From: a virus
Taxonomy: Duplodnaviria > Caudoviricetes
Reading direction: 5' to 3' (one strand)
Length of the DNA: 59,885 nt
Virus record (IMG/VR): IMGVR_UViG_3300008952_000052
Location: 1 to 59,885 of that record
Each line of letters opens with the position of its first letter. Position 1 is the stretch's first letter. Shown one piece after another: positions 1 through 7,503 of this stretch. Below the pieces are notes generated by a model. It made no database searches, was not told the origin of the DNA, and was given only the letters and a program-made list of their open reading frames with translations. A program made the translations under genes and the position numbers.

Positions 1-69
1 AGAATAGAGGCAGGTGTAGATATGGAGGTGGTCTTAAATGCCCTCAGAATGATGGAAAAGGTAGTATGA
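1..69 (+). CDS. 3' end of a hypothetical protein, truncated by the window edge (RIEAGVDMEVVLNALRMMEKVV*)
   Basis: Frame 1 is open from base 1 to TGA at 67-69, in the same orientation as the following early genes. Confidence 0.55.
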   Translation, partial: RIEAGVDMEVVLNALRMMEKVV

Positions 70-114
70 GAGCCTGTTTGGGGTAGAATTACCCTTAAAC
101 AAACGGAGAGAACA

Positions 115-423
115 ATGACTAATCAAGAATTAATAAATATCATCCGTGAATGTAAGAAGTCCAAGACTGGAGAGGATTACGTTCAGGGAGTGTACCTTTC
201 TAATGATGGTATTCACTTTGTGGATTCCAGAAAAGAATACCCTATTGGAGATCAAGCGTATCCAGCGTGGTCTTTTTATATTCATCTCACATCAAAAGGT
301 GAAATTCTCCAGATCCAATCAGGTGACCTTGAAGATTTAGGAGAGAAAAAGGAGAGAGAATTAAACAACTCTTGCCCTACTTACCTTCAATTATCAGAAT
401 TTCTAAAGGAGGCGACATTATGA
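115..423 (+). CDS. hypothetical phage early protein (102 aa)
   Basis: GGAG SD before ATG; stop overlaps the next start (ATGA). Confidence 0.8.
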   Translation: MTNQELINIIRECKKSKTGEDYVQGVYLSNDGIHFVDSRKEYPIGDQAYPAWSFYIHLTSKGEILQIQSGDLEDLGEKKERELNNSCPTYLQLSEFLKEATL

Positions 424-680
424 AATGTGATCGCTGTAATACGAAAACCAACACATTTATGATGTCTTGGTTCAACAAAGAGATGCTCTGTCAGGAGTGT
501 CAAGACACAGAATCCAAACACCCGAAATTTCAGGAAGCTAAAGAGACTGAAAGACAGGAATGTCTTTCAGGGAACCTCAACTTTGAGGGGATTGGGCTAC
601 CAGCAGATATCGGGAAAAGACAACGTGAAAAGTCCGATCTATTCGCCCTTAATTATTCTGATTATGAGGGTGTGAAATGA
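420..680 (+). CDS. small putative Zn-binding protein (CxxC...CxxC, C-terminal GNLNFEGIG motif)
   Basis: Start re-assigned to ATG 420 (AGGAGG SD, ATGA overlap). The pattern CDRC...MSWFN..LCQEC...HP...GNxNFxGIG is one I recall from phage/prophage hypothetical proteins. Confidence 0.8.
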   Translation: MKCDRCNTKTNTFMMSWFNKEMLCQECQDTESKHPKFQEAKETERQECLSGNLNFEGIGLPADIGKRQREKSDLFALNYSDYEGVK

Positions 681-964
681 CGGAAAAAGAAACCCCCTAC
701 GGAACATTTTGGGGTTGTCCATCAAAGCCCTATGCTGGCTGGCTCCACAGAGCAGGGCATCTTGGGTATGTTCCATCTCCAAGAACAATTAATGTCATTA
801 TATGGGAAGATGGAACAGGTCGAGTGGAAGTCTTTCACACACTCCCCCCACCTTCCCTTAAAGAAAGAGCTACAGAAAGAATTCGATGGTCTTCAAAGAC
901 TATGCCAGTAGCAAAACTTATGGAATTGGTGCAAAACATAAGAGAATGGAGTGCTGAAAAATAA
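677..964 (+). CDS. hypothetical protein (95 aa)
   Basis: ATGA overlap with upstream gene; GAGG SD. Confidence 0.75.
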   Translation: MTEKETPYGTFWGCPSKPYAGWLHRAGHLGYVPSPRTINVIIWEDGTGRVEVFHTLPPPSLKERATERIRWSSKTMPVAKLMELVQNIREWSAEK

Positions 965-972
965 ATTCATTA

Positions 973-1011
973 TTTTCCTGTGGGAGAAAACCTGATTTGT
1001 ATGATTATTAG
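973..1011 (+). promoter_or_regulatory. putative phage early promoter, copy 1
   Basis: ttttcCTGTGggagaaaacctgatTTGTATgattattag; same boxes and 14-nt spacer as four other intergenic copies. Confidence 0.75.
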
Positions 1012-1146
1012 AAATGGAAATCACCTTGAGAAAGCTATGAAAAATTTCTCCACAATACTTGTGTCGGTGATTTAGAGGAAGCATTTGTTTTATTTTCTGC
1101 CTACAAGATAGGGGAAATCTTAAAACGGGGCTTCCTCTTCCATTTC
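1011..1146 (+). ncRNA. highly structured multi-branch RNA (sRNA or structured 5' leader), family unknown
   Basis: Nested helices 1011-1018/1139-1146, 1019-1025/1066-1072, 1028-1033/1045-1050, 1051-1055/1059-1063, 1074-1082/1130-1138, 1087-1092/1121-1126 and 1100-1103/1109-1112. It begins at the end of promoter copy 1. Confidence 0.7.
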
Positions 1147-1178
1147 GTTACCTCACCCCCCCCAAATAGGAGACATTT

Positions 1179-1469
1179 ATGTCTTTCCCTTATCGTCTTA
1201 CCCTCAAAGAGCAGCACAAAGCCCTTGGGTTGCTCTATATGGTCTGCATCAAAGCAGATGATTGCCTTGATGCAGAAGAATTTGAATACTGTATTGATGC
1301 AATTCTCTTCCCTCTCACAGAAGAAGAGAAATCCAGCCTCCAGAAAGGCTGTCAGGCTGGCGAAACCTATCCAGAGATAGAACAGTGGTCTGTCAGTAAG
1401 CTGGATGAATTCTTTTCATCCCTTCCTTCTGATGATGATTGTCTTGATCATATGGGGTTTTCACAATGA
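1179..1469 (+). CDS. acidic hypothetical protein (96 aa)
   Basis: AGGAG SD; ATGA overlap with next gene. Confidence 0.8.
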   Translation: MSFPYRLTLKEQHKALGLLYMVCIKADDCLDAEEFEYCIDAILFPLTEEEKSSLQKGCQAGETYPEIEQWSVSKLDEFFSSLPSDDDCLDHMGFSQ

Positions 1470-1765
1470 CTTGGTTTAAACAACGAGTACCACCCTTCGA
1501 CAAAGCCAACCTTTCACTTAGAGACATTAAGAAAGCTCTAAGTGAAAGCGGTAGTGTCTGGATCTATGACTGGAATGGTGTGGAAATCCATTGGGATACT
1601 CCACATAAGAGTGGAACCCTTCACGAAACCAGAGTGAAGTCTGACCCTAACCAAATCCACGAATGGGATTTGGCTTGTTCTGACATGCCGTTCTTGGTAA
1701 TCAAGGAATGCCCTCCAGACTATAAAGCAATCAGACAGAGATTGAATTCTATGGGCTGGTATTAA
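1466..1765 (+). CDS. hypothetical protein (99 aa)
   Basis: Translationally coupled (ATGA); ends just before promoter copy 2. Confidence 0.8.
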   Translation: MTWFKQRVPPFDKANLSLRDIKKALSESGSVWIYDWNGVEIHWDTPHKSGTLHETRVKSDPNQIHEWDLACSDMPFLVIKECPPDYKAIRQRLNSMGWY

Positions 1766-1783
1766 ATTTTATTTTTCTCACTA

Positions 1784-1822
1784 TTTTTCTGTGAGGAAAA
1801 ACCTGACCTGTATAAGTATTAG
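1784..1822 (+). promoter_or_regulatory. putative phage early promoter, copy 2
   Basis: tttttCTGTGaggaaaaacctgacCTGTATaagtattag. Confidence 0.8.
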
Positions 1823-1824
1823 AG

Positions 1825-1851
1825 GGAGGGGGAACACAGTGTTCCCCCTCC
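1825..1851 (+). promoter_or_regulatory. 5'-terminal hairpin (perfect 13-bp inverted repeat)
   Basis: GGAGGGGGAACAC-A-GTGTTCCCCCTCC immediately after promoter copy 2. Confidence 0.7.
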
Positions 1852-1859
1852 GATTAACC

Positions 1860-1885
1860 TTCCGATCCTTTTAGGATCTATGGAG
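1860..1885 (+). promoter_or_regulatory. conserved SD-enclosing leader hairpin, copy 1
   Basis: ttcc-GATCCT-ttt-AGGATC-tat-ggag, 7 nt before ATG 1893. Confidence 0.7.
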
Positions 1886-1892
1886 TTTTATT

Positions 1893-2129
1893 ATGCGTAG
1901 AACCGCAGAATTTCGCAGAGCTAAAGCTGCTAAAGCTAAAGCTGCTGCTGCCAGAACAGCAAAACTTTGGGGCTGGAATCCCAATCCCCGTACTATTGGT
2001 ATTCTCACCTCTACGGGCTGTCGCCCCAAAAGTGGGGATACTAACCGTGAGATTTTTGGTGCTTCTCGTCAGGAGCGGAGAGCAGACATTGATGCTGCTC
2101 AACAAATCTCAGAAGCATCCCAACCTTAA
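1893..2129 (+). CDS. small basic Ala/Lys/Arg-rich protein (78 aa)
   Basis: GGAG SD; first gene after promoter copy 2; N-terminal RRAKAAKAKAAAAR low-complexity helix. Confidence 0.75.
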   Translation: MRRTAEFRRAKAAKAKAAAARTAKLWGWNPNPRTIGILTSTGCRPKSGDTNREIFGASRQERRADIDAAQQISEASQP

Positions 2130-2142
2130 AACAAACCCTTTT

Positions 2143-2168
2143 TTCCGATCCTTTCAGGATCTATGGAG
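2143..2168 (+). promoter_or_regulatory. conserved SD-enclosing leader hairpin, copy 2
   Basis: ttcc-GATCCT-ttc-AGGATC-tat-ggag, 25/26 identical to copy 1, before ATG 2174. Confidence 0.7.
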
Positions 2169-2173
2169 CAAAC

Positions 2174-2377
2174 ATGACTTATCGAATTTGGATACCTTCC
2201 CTTAAAAGAACCTTTTGGGCAAAGAAGCCCAAGGGTAGAAAGACTTGGTGGAAGGTTCAGTACCCTTCTGCCTGTGGGAAGTTCCTCTATCAGAGCGAAC
2301 ACGGTGGAACAGTCACCGATATGAAACGGGATGTCTTGAAAGAGCATCCTGATGCTGTCATTACCAAATGTAGGTAA
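2174..2377 (+). CDS. small basic hypothetical protein (67 aa)
   Basis: GGAG SD within the leader hairpin; fills the space to promoter copy 3. Confidence 0.75.
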   Translation: MTYRIWIPSLKRTFWAKKPKGRKTWWKVQYPSACGKFLYQSEHGGTVTDMKRDVLKEHPDAVITKCR

Positions 2378-2395
2378 TGAATTCTTTTTCATCTA

Positions 2396-2436
2396 TTTTT
2401 CTGTGGGATAATTCCCAACCTGTATAGGAAGCATAG
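2396..2436 (+). promoter_or_regulatory. putative phage early promoter, copy 3
   Basis: tttttCTGTGggataattcccaacCTGTATaggaagcatag, followed by hairpin gaggggag/ctcccttc. Confidence 0.7.
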
Positions 2437-2471
2437 AGGGGAGATTGGCTCCCTTCCTATGTTCCTTTTTA

Positions 2472-2496
2472 TTCCGACCTTTTAAGGTCTTTGGAG
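2472..2496 (+). promoter_or_regulatory. conserved SD-enclosing leader hairpin, copy 3
   Basis: ttcc-GACCT-ttta-AGGTC-ttt-ggag before ATG 2505; stem sequence differs from copies 1-2 but pairing is kept. Confidence 0.65.
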
Positions 2497-2504
2497 ATTA
2501 CATT

Positions 2505-3794
2505 ATGAGTACATCAAAAACTCACCTCACTTTCGCTCTTGAGAAAAAAGGGCAGAAGCCCTCTGATTATTTTCCTACTCGTTCCAGCCTTATGGCAACG
2601 AATTGCTGCATCTGCGGCAAGAAGTTGGAAAAAGCAGATAGTGTTCAACATATGATCGGCCCTGTGTGCCGTGAAAAGTACATACTGAACCCCATCGGGG
2701 GATTGGCAGTACCTTCTAAAACGGCTGCTTTGGATGCCTTTTGGGGTTTCATCGCTACTGCTGCTCTGGACAGCGACCTTGAAGATTACCTTTTCAGCAA
2801 CGAAGATAATTTCGCTATGCTTGCGGATATCTTGATTGCTTACGGAAGCATTGTCACTCACCAGAAAGGTGGGCATGAAAAGATCCTTATCCTTGCTCAA
2901 GCCCTTCGGGAAATCGGATATGGTCTTGTAGCTGATAGATTGGAAGAAGACAGATGCAGCATCAAGCTTTACCCAAGTGAGCGAATTGGGAAAGAAGATA
3001 CTCACTTCAAACTCTTCATCCCTCTGAAGTCTGAGTTGAGCGTTTCCCAACTTTACAAATTCGTTGGGAAATCTAAGGTTGAGTATTTTCAGCCTCAGAA
3101 AACTCGTCGTGGTTGTTATTGGGAAATTCCCAAAGCTTCATCTGTTGAGATGTTGTTCTCTCTTTCCCTTCAATATGGAAGAGAACGCTTCTTTCAGAAG
3201 GGTATGAAGACCATTCAAACGGTTCCCACATTTTCCTCTTTCGGAGATATGGAGCCTTGTCAGGAGTGGCTTGATGCTCACATACCTGCTGTAACCATTC
3301 AGCAAGTTGGTGAGAATGTAACAGTACACTCCCCTGCCCCTTGGTCTTCTACTCAGGCTGGTAACTTCTCTGCCTTTGTGAAGTCTTTCAAGTGGAAGTG
3401 GGCAAGAGGATATGGTCTGATTGTGGATCACTCCCACCTGAAGGCTATTGAGGCTAAAGCAAAGGCTCTCTTCGCATCTTATGATGTGAAGGTGGACATT
3501 GTATCCAAGCCTGTTGCCAAGCCTGTACAGACTGCTGCTGCTCCCACCGTGGCTACTGTCAAGGCTGGTACTGCTACCTTGGTCACCTTCACTAAGGAAG
3601 GCAAGAGAATCCGTATGAAGTCACCTGCCCCTTGGACTTGTCCTTCTGCTGGAGCCTTGGTAGCAACTGTCAAGGCAACCAGAGGTCGCAAGTATGATGG
3701 TAAGACTTATACTTGGACTTTCCCTGCTTCCAAATGGGATGCTATCAAGGAGAAGGCTGAAGAGGTCTACACTAACCAATGGGTTCTGGTATAG
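2505..3794 (+). CDS. DUF6011-like Zn-finger protein with two C-terminal HARP-like repeats (putative nucleic-acid-binding protein)
   Basis: Start re-assigned to ATG 2505 (GGAG SD). N-terminal CCICGKKL...S...IGPVC; duplicated SPAPW...VK module; last repeat VKATRGRKYDGKTYTWTFP. Confidence 0.75.
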   Translation: MSTSKTHLTFALEKKGQKPSDYFPTRSSLMATNCCICGKKLEKADSVQHMIGPVCREKYILNPIGGLAVPSKTAALDAFWGFIATAALDSDLEDYLFSNEDNFAMLADILIAYGSIVTHQKGGHEKILILAQALREIGYGLVADRLEEDRCSIKLYPSERIGKEDTHFKLFIPLKSELSVSQLYKFVGKSKVEYFQPQKTRRGCYWEIPKASSVEMLFSLSLQYGRERFFQKGMKTIQTVPTFSSFGDMEPCQEWLDAHIPAVTIQQVGENVTVHSPAPWSSTQAGNFSAFVKSFKWKWARGYGLIVDHSHLKAIEAKAKALFASYDVKVDIVSKPVAKPVQTAAAPTVATVKAGTATLVTFTKEGKRIRMKSPAPWTCPSAGALVATVKATRGRKYDGKTYTWTFPASKWDAIKEKAEEVYTNQWVLV

Positions 3795-3815
3795 GACTTG
3801 TTGCTGTATTTATTC

Positions 3816-3844
3816 GGGAGAGAGGTCTAACCCACCTCTCTCCC
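3816..3844 (+). terminator. intergenic 11-bp hairpin (terminator, or 5' hairpin of a degenerate promoter)
   Basis: GGGAGAGAGGT/ACCTCTCTCCC followed by a T-rich tract and preceded by CTGTAT at 3804. Confidence 0.55.
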
Positions 3845-3868
3845 ATTCTTATTTTCTGGAGTTGAAAA

Positions 3869-4138
3869 ATGTCGAAAAACAAAGCCCGTTACCATAAGCG
3901 GAAAACGCTCTTTAACATTGCTGATGCACTGGTAAAAGACCAAGCCTGTAGGGATCTTCTAATGGCTCTACTGGCTCCCATCAAGGGATCTAACAACGGT
4001 GTTCTCACACCAGAGCAAGTGCTGCAATGCAATGCGGTTCGTACCGCACTCATTCACACCTTGAAAGAGGGATCTTCTGTAAATGGTTTTATGCCTGACA
4101 AAGCTCAGAATGAATTCTCTAAAACTTGGAGGGGATAA
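3869..4138 (+). CDS. hypothetical protein (89 aa)
   Basis: GGAG SD; TAATG overlap with next gene. Confidence 0.8.
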   Translation: MSKNKARYHKRKTLFNIADALVKDQACRDLLMALLAPIKGSNNGVLTPEQVLQCNAVRTALIHTLKEGSSVNGFMPDKAQNEFSKTWRG

Positions 4139-4326
4139 TGGTCAAAGAAATCTGGACTAAAAAAGAAGATGCTGAAGCTAAGAAATCCAAAGATGATTTT
4201 GAAAGAAGGCAAGCCGAATTGAAAGCAAAGTTAGGTCGTGATCTGACGAGAGATGAAACCCTTTCCTGTCTTGTAGAGGAATTGGATGCTTCTGAATTCA
4301 ACAAAGATTGGAGGAAATTCAAATGA
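4138..4326 (+). CDS. small charged helical protein (62 aa); source/target of the 35-nt inverted repeat
   Basis: Start re-assigned to ATG 4138 (GGAGG SD, TAATG overlap); ATGA overlap with next gene. Confidence 0.75.
   Translation: MVKEIWTKKEDAEAKKSKDDFERRQAELKAKLGRDLTRDETLSCLVEELDASEFNKDWRKFK
4212..4246 (+). repeat. 35-nt inverted repeat, copy A (inside CDS 4138-4326)
   Basis: agccgaattgaaagcaaagttaggtcgtgatctga equals the reverse complement of 7512-7546 at 34/35 positions. Confidence 0.95.
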
Positions 4327-5009
4327 GAAATGAAATCCAAAAGTATCTCTTCAGACCTGATCTCATAGATGAAGCAATGAAGAGAATACGAGAGCTAACC
4401 TTCTTCTTCAAAAAGCATACGGAGATCAAGGTAGCTATGGCTGACGGATCAGCCAAGGTCACCATCCAAGAGATAGAACAGGAGCCTGACTTCTGGATGC
4501 CTTTTGTGAAAACAAAAGATTTCTCACAATCTGAAGAAGGTTGGGGAGATGGTTTTCAGTATGCTTGGGCAAATAACAAATACCAAGTCTTCACCAAGAT
4601 CCTGTTTTATGAACATGGAGATATGATCTGGCTTAGTATCAAAACCCACGGCAGAGATAGCAACCTGCCTTGGAGAGATTTGCAGAGGATTAAGAATGAC
4701 CTGTGCGGTACTGACTGTACAGGAGTAGAGATTTACCCCTCTTCTGACTGTCTGGTGGACACCTCCAACCAATTCCACCTATGGGTAATGCGACCCGGTA
4801 TGCGTGTTCCCTTCGGCTATCAGACAAGGGATGTCTGCCTCACCCAAGAAGAATTCGTTAAAACCCTTGGAGGCAAGCCTGTAGGCTTGGGGAAACAAGA
4901 TCCCTTCAAGCCTCACCACAAAGATGATGGTCTACCAGCCGTGGGGCTGGCTTGGCTCCAATACGAGAAAGATCATCCTGACCGCTACGATTCAGAGAGT
5001 GAAGAATGA
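4323..5009 (+). CDS. conserved phage hypothetical protein (WxDLQRIKN...GVEIYP...VDxxNxxHLW signature)
   Basis: Start re-assigned to ATG 4323 (GGAGG SD, ATGA overlap). The signature is recalled from a widespread uncharacterised phage family. Confidence 0.85.
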   Translation: MRNEIQKYLFRPDLIDEAMKRIRELTFFFKKHTEIKVAMADGSAKVTIQEIEQEPDFWMPFVKTKDFSQSEEGWGDGFQYAWANNKYQVFTKILFYEHGDMIWLSIKTHGRDSNLPWRDLQRIKNDLCGTDCTGVEIYPSSDCLVDTSNQFHLWVMRPGMRVPFGYQTRDVCLTQEEFVKTLGGKPVGLGKQDPFKPHHKDDGLPAVGLAWLQYEKDHPDRYDSESEE

Positions 5010-5368
5010 GACTTACACCAAAAGAGAAAGAGGTGCTTAAACACCTCCACAACCAGCCTGTAATGCCTTCTCGGAGAGAACGTAGGCAACAGACAACCCA
5101 TTGGGTAGGAGCCATTAGAAGGGCTTTATACTCCCTTGAGCGCAAAGGTCTTGCCAAGCCTTTCAGTGACTATGAAGAGTTGAAATTACGACAAAAGGAT
5201 TGGTCTTACGGAAAAGATCGACCCTCCCTTGGTATTCTTCGTGAAAGGAAAATCTGGCATAACGGTACTTGGGTGAGCCAAGCAGAGGCTGAGAAGAACC
5301 CTGCCCAATTTGAATGGACACTTACCCCCGAAGGCTTGGAAGCCTACAATGAAAATTCTGGAGAATAA
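5006..5368 (+). CDS. putative winged-helix-like DNA-binding protein (120 aa)
   Basis: LTPKEKEVLKHL...IRRALYSLERKGL...WTLTPEGLEA matches a wHTH pattern with an inserted wing. Confidence 0.65.
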   Translation: MRLTPKEKEVLKHLHNQPVMPSRRERRQQTTHWVGAIRRALYSLERKGLAKPFSDYEELKLRQKDWSYGKDRPSLGILRERKIWHNGTWVSQAEAEKNPAQFEWTLTPEGLEAYNENSGE

Positions 5369-5369
5369 A

Positions 5370-5765
5370 ATGAAAATAGGTAAACACACATTCGGAAATG
5401 AAACTTTCTACTATGTGAAAAGAGAAGAAGAATGGGGTTGTGAATACTGGCAGTCAGGATTTTGGGATGATTTCTCAAAAATAGATCCCTCCAGTCTGAA
5501 AGACCCAACCTTTCTTCATCTTGTAAAAGACTTCTTTGGATTAACAGAAACTCCCTTAGCTGCCTCTGCTGACTGCACCGTAGAATTCTATGTTCGATCT
5601 GCATGCAAAGACCTGATGGAGTGTGGCTTCTTCAAAACCCCCCAAAGCTTCATTGCTGTAGACCACAGAACCTCTGCTGTTGGTGTCTGCTATCGGTTCT
5701 CAAGAGTGATCTACGGTGCAAAAGTAAGACACGACTATTCGTGGAAACCATCAACCAATAGGTGA
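5370..5765 (+). CDS. hypothetical protein (131 aa)
   Basis: Start re-assigned to ATG 5370 (GGAG SD, 1 nt after the upstream stop). Confidence 0.75.
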   Translation: MKIGKHTFGNETFYYVKREEEWGCEYWQSGFWDDFSKIDPSSLKDPTFLHLVKDFFGLTETPLAASADCTVEFYVRSACKDLMECGFFKTPQSFIAVDHRTSAVGVCYRFSRVIYGAKVRHDYSWKPSTNR

Positions 5766-6064
5766 AAACAATGTTTAATACTATCTGTTTGAATTCCATC
5801 TTTGAAGGTGGAGATAGAACCTACGAATCTTATGAAAGAGATCCTTGGACTATCGCTCAACTTCAAAAGTTAGCCCTTCTTCTGGATGGTTACCACAATT
5901 TTGATAAGCACCATCTTGAAAAAGAAATAGTCAGCATCCTTGGCTATCCCTATGAGGGAGGAGTGACGATCACGGCTCTTAACAAATACACAGGCAAACA
6001 AGTCACCTTCATAGGAGACTACCACTCAAACAAAACCCACATACAAGCAGGGGCTGCACAATGA
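5762..6064 (+). CDS. hypothetical protein (~100 aa)
   Basis: GTGA overlap; alternative ATG at 5771 with AGGTG SD. Confidence 0.75.
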   Translation: MKTMFNTICLNSIFEGGDRTYESYERDPWTIAQLQKLALLLDGYHNFDKHHLEKEIVSILGYPYEGGVTITALNKYTGKQVTFIGDYHSNKTHIQAGAAQ

Positions 6065-6309
6065 CCCTTCAAGAAAGAAATGAATATCTCTCCAGCGTTG
6101 GAGAGGTGCAGAGAGAAACCCCCTTATCTCAATCAGAGACAGATGCTATCGGTTCTCATTGGGATAGCCTGATAGAAATAATGCTGAAGAGAGGGGCAAG
6201 CTTCAGTGAAGAGGAGCAAAGAATGATCAAAAAGATAGATCGAATTCTGGAACCCTCAAAAGAAACCCAAAAGAAATGGGCTGCTGAATGCAAAGCCCTC
6301 AAAGGATAG
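6061..6309 (+). CDS. hypothetical protein (82 aa)
   Basis: ATGA overlap with upstream gene. Confidence 0.75.
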   Translation: MTLQERNEYLSSVGEVQRETPLSQSETDAIGSHWDSLIEIMLKRGASFSEEEQRMIKKIDRILEPSKETQKKWAAECKALKG

Positions 6310-6313
6310 AACA

Positions 6314-6694
6314 ATGCACATTCAAGACTGTACTGTTGGACAGAGAGTTGTCTTTGGTCGCCCCAATGGGCAGAAGACTGAGGGAACCATAGTCAAGGTC
6401 AATCGCAAGACCGTCAAGATTCGACAGGTAGGAGCCAGAGGAACCACCAAGGATCACAGTGTGGGTACAATGTGGACTTGCTCCCCTGCCCTTGTGACCC
6501 TCCTGACTGCCTCTGAGCGATCAGAGAGTGAGATCCTCAAGGATCTGGCAAGGGTCATCATCAAGATACAGATACCCAGCACCAGAGACACTGGGCTGAA
6601 CAGCTTGAGGATGAAAGCCTTCAAACTTAGAGCGGAACTAACCAGAGAGGTTCCTGACACTGAAATCTGGAACCTCATACTGAAAGGAATATAA
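6314..6694 (+). CDS. hypothetical protein with N-terminal SH3/KOW-like beta barrel
   Basis: VGQRVVF...EGTIVKVNRKTVKI...WTCSPALV pattern; AAGGA SD. Confidence 0.75.
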   Translation: MHIQDCTVGQRVVFGRPNGQKTEGTIVKVNRKTVKIRQVGARGTTKDHSVGTMWTCSPALVTLLTASERSESEILKDLARVIIKIQIPSTRDTGLNSLRMKAFKLRAELTREVPDTEIWNLILKGI

Positions 6695-6696
6695 CA

Positions 6697-7086
6697 ATGA
6701 CTTTTACAAAGAGAGAGCAGCAAGCTCTATATCACTTGCTCACATTGCAGCAACACATCGGAAGCCTACCCTCTTTTGAGAGTAGGCTTATCTCAGATCA
6801 TATCAGTCATGCTATCTTAGTAGACTTGGAAAGCAAAGAGTGCTTTGAAGATATGTTGAGCAATGATGGTAACCCTACAACCCTCAAGTCCTTGACTGTA
6901 CTTGGGATGGAAAACGCTATCCCCCACCACGCTCTTAACCGCTTTACCATTCCATTCTCTGAGACAGAGTGGGGGAAGCTAATGAGAGGCTTCCCAAATG
7001 AACAGTGTCTCATAGCTTGGATTCGTGAACAAGCAATTGAGAACAGTGAGAAAACAGTCTTTATACGAAATCGGGTGGAACAATGA
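6697..7086 (+). CDS. hypothetical protein (129 aa)
   Basis: AAGGA SD, 2 nt after the upstream stop. Confidence 0.75.
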   Translation: MTFTKREQQALYHLLTLQQHIGSLPSFESRLISDHISHAILVDLESKECFEDMLSNDGNPTTLKSLTVLGMENAIPHHALNRFTIPFSETEWGKLMRGFPNEQCLIAWIREQAIENSEKTVFIRNRVEQ

Positions 7087-7108
7087 GACTTTCTGTAGGA
7101 AAATCAGA

Positions 7109-7435
7109 TTATACTTTCTCAATCATATATTCTTTCACACCATAATTTGTTCCATTAAAAGAAACTGAGAGATTATTTGGTTTATCATAAGTAATTGTTC
7201 CAACAACACCCTTTCGATAAAAAGCCCCTAATTCTCTTGAATACTCATTAGAAAACTTAGTAGGTACTCTGTGCTTGTTGTATTCTTGCAATCCTTTCAA
7301 GGTGAGCATTACCTTATCCCCTTTTCTGAATGACGAACCAGCACTCTTAGTGACAAGTGGTAACAAATGCTCTCTTAATTCAGGCTTTTGGTGTGCAAGT
7401 CTGATAACTTTTGATCTTAATGATTTGTCTGACAT
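7109..7435 (-). CDS. lone reverse-strand protein with N-terminal LRSKVIRLAHQKPELREHLLPLV leader (candidate internal virion protein)
   Basis: Start re-assigned to ATG 7435 (GGAG SD); has its own candidate late-type promoter at 7479-7495. Confidence 0.75.
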   Translation of the reverse strand: MSDKSLRSKVIRLAHQKPELREHLLPLVTKSAGSSFRKGDKVMLTLKGLQEYNKHRVPTKFSNEYSRELGAFYRKGVVGTITYDKPNNLSVSFNGTNYGVKEYMIEKV

Positions 7436-7478
7436 TGTTTTTTCTCCAAAAATAAAAAGTTTTCTCAATAAGTGAACT

Positions 7479-7495
7479 GTATAAAATGATTATTG
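7479..7495 (-). promoter_or_regulatory. candidate late-type promoter (CRRTAR-N6-TATM)
   Basis: caATAAtcatttTATAc on the - strand, resembling motifs at 27275-27291 and 35124-35140. Confidence 0.35.
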
Positions 7496-7503
7496 TTTGG
7501 CTT

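Noticed and set aside
1011-1146. tRNA or tmRNA
   Set aside because: No T-loop GTTCRA, D-loop consensus or CCA end, and the helix lengths do not fit a cloverleaf.
1014-1261. Frameshifted pseudogene (MEITLRKL* continuing as YEKFLHNTCVGDLEEAF...)
   Set aside because: It has no SD, needs a frameshift and would overlap the next gene. The extensive base pairing explains the region better.
7089-7108. Sixth early promoter (ctttCTGTAggaaaatcaga)
   Set aside because: Only the upstream half is present, with no YTGTAT at +19. It may be a remnant disrupted by the reverse-strand gene, but this is unsupported.
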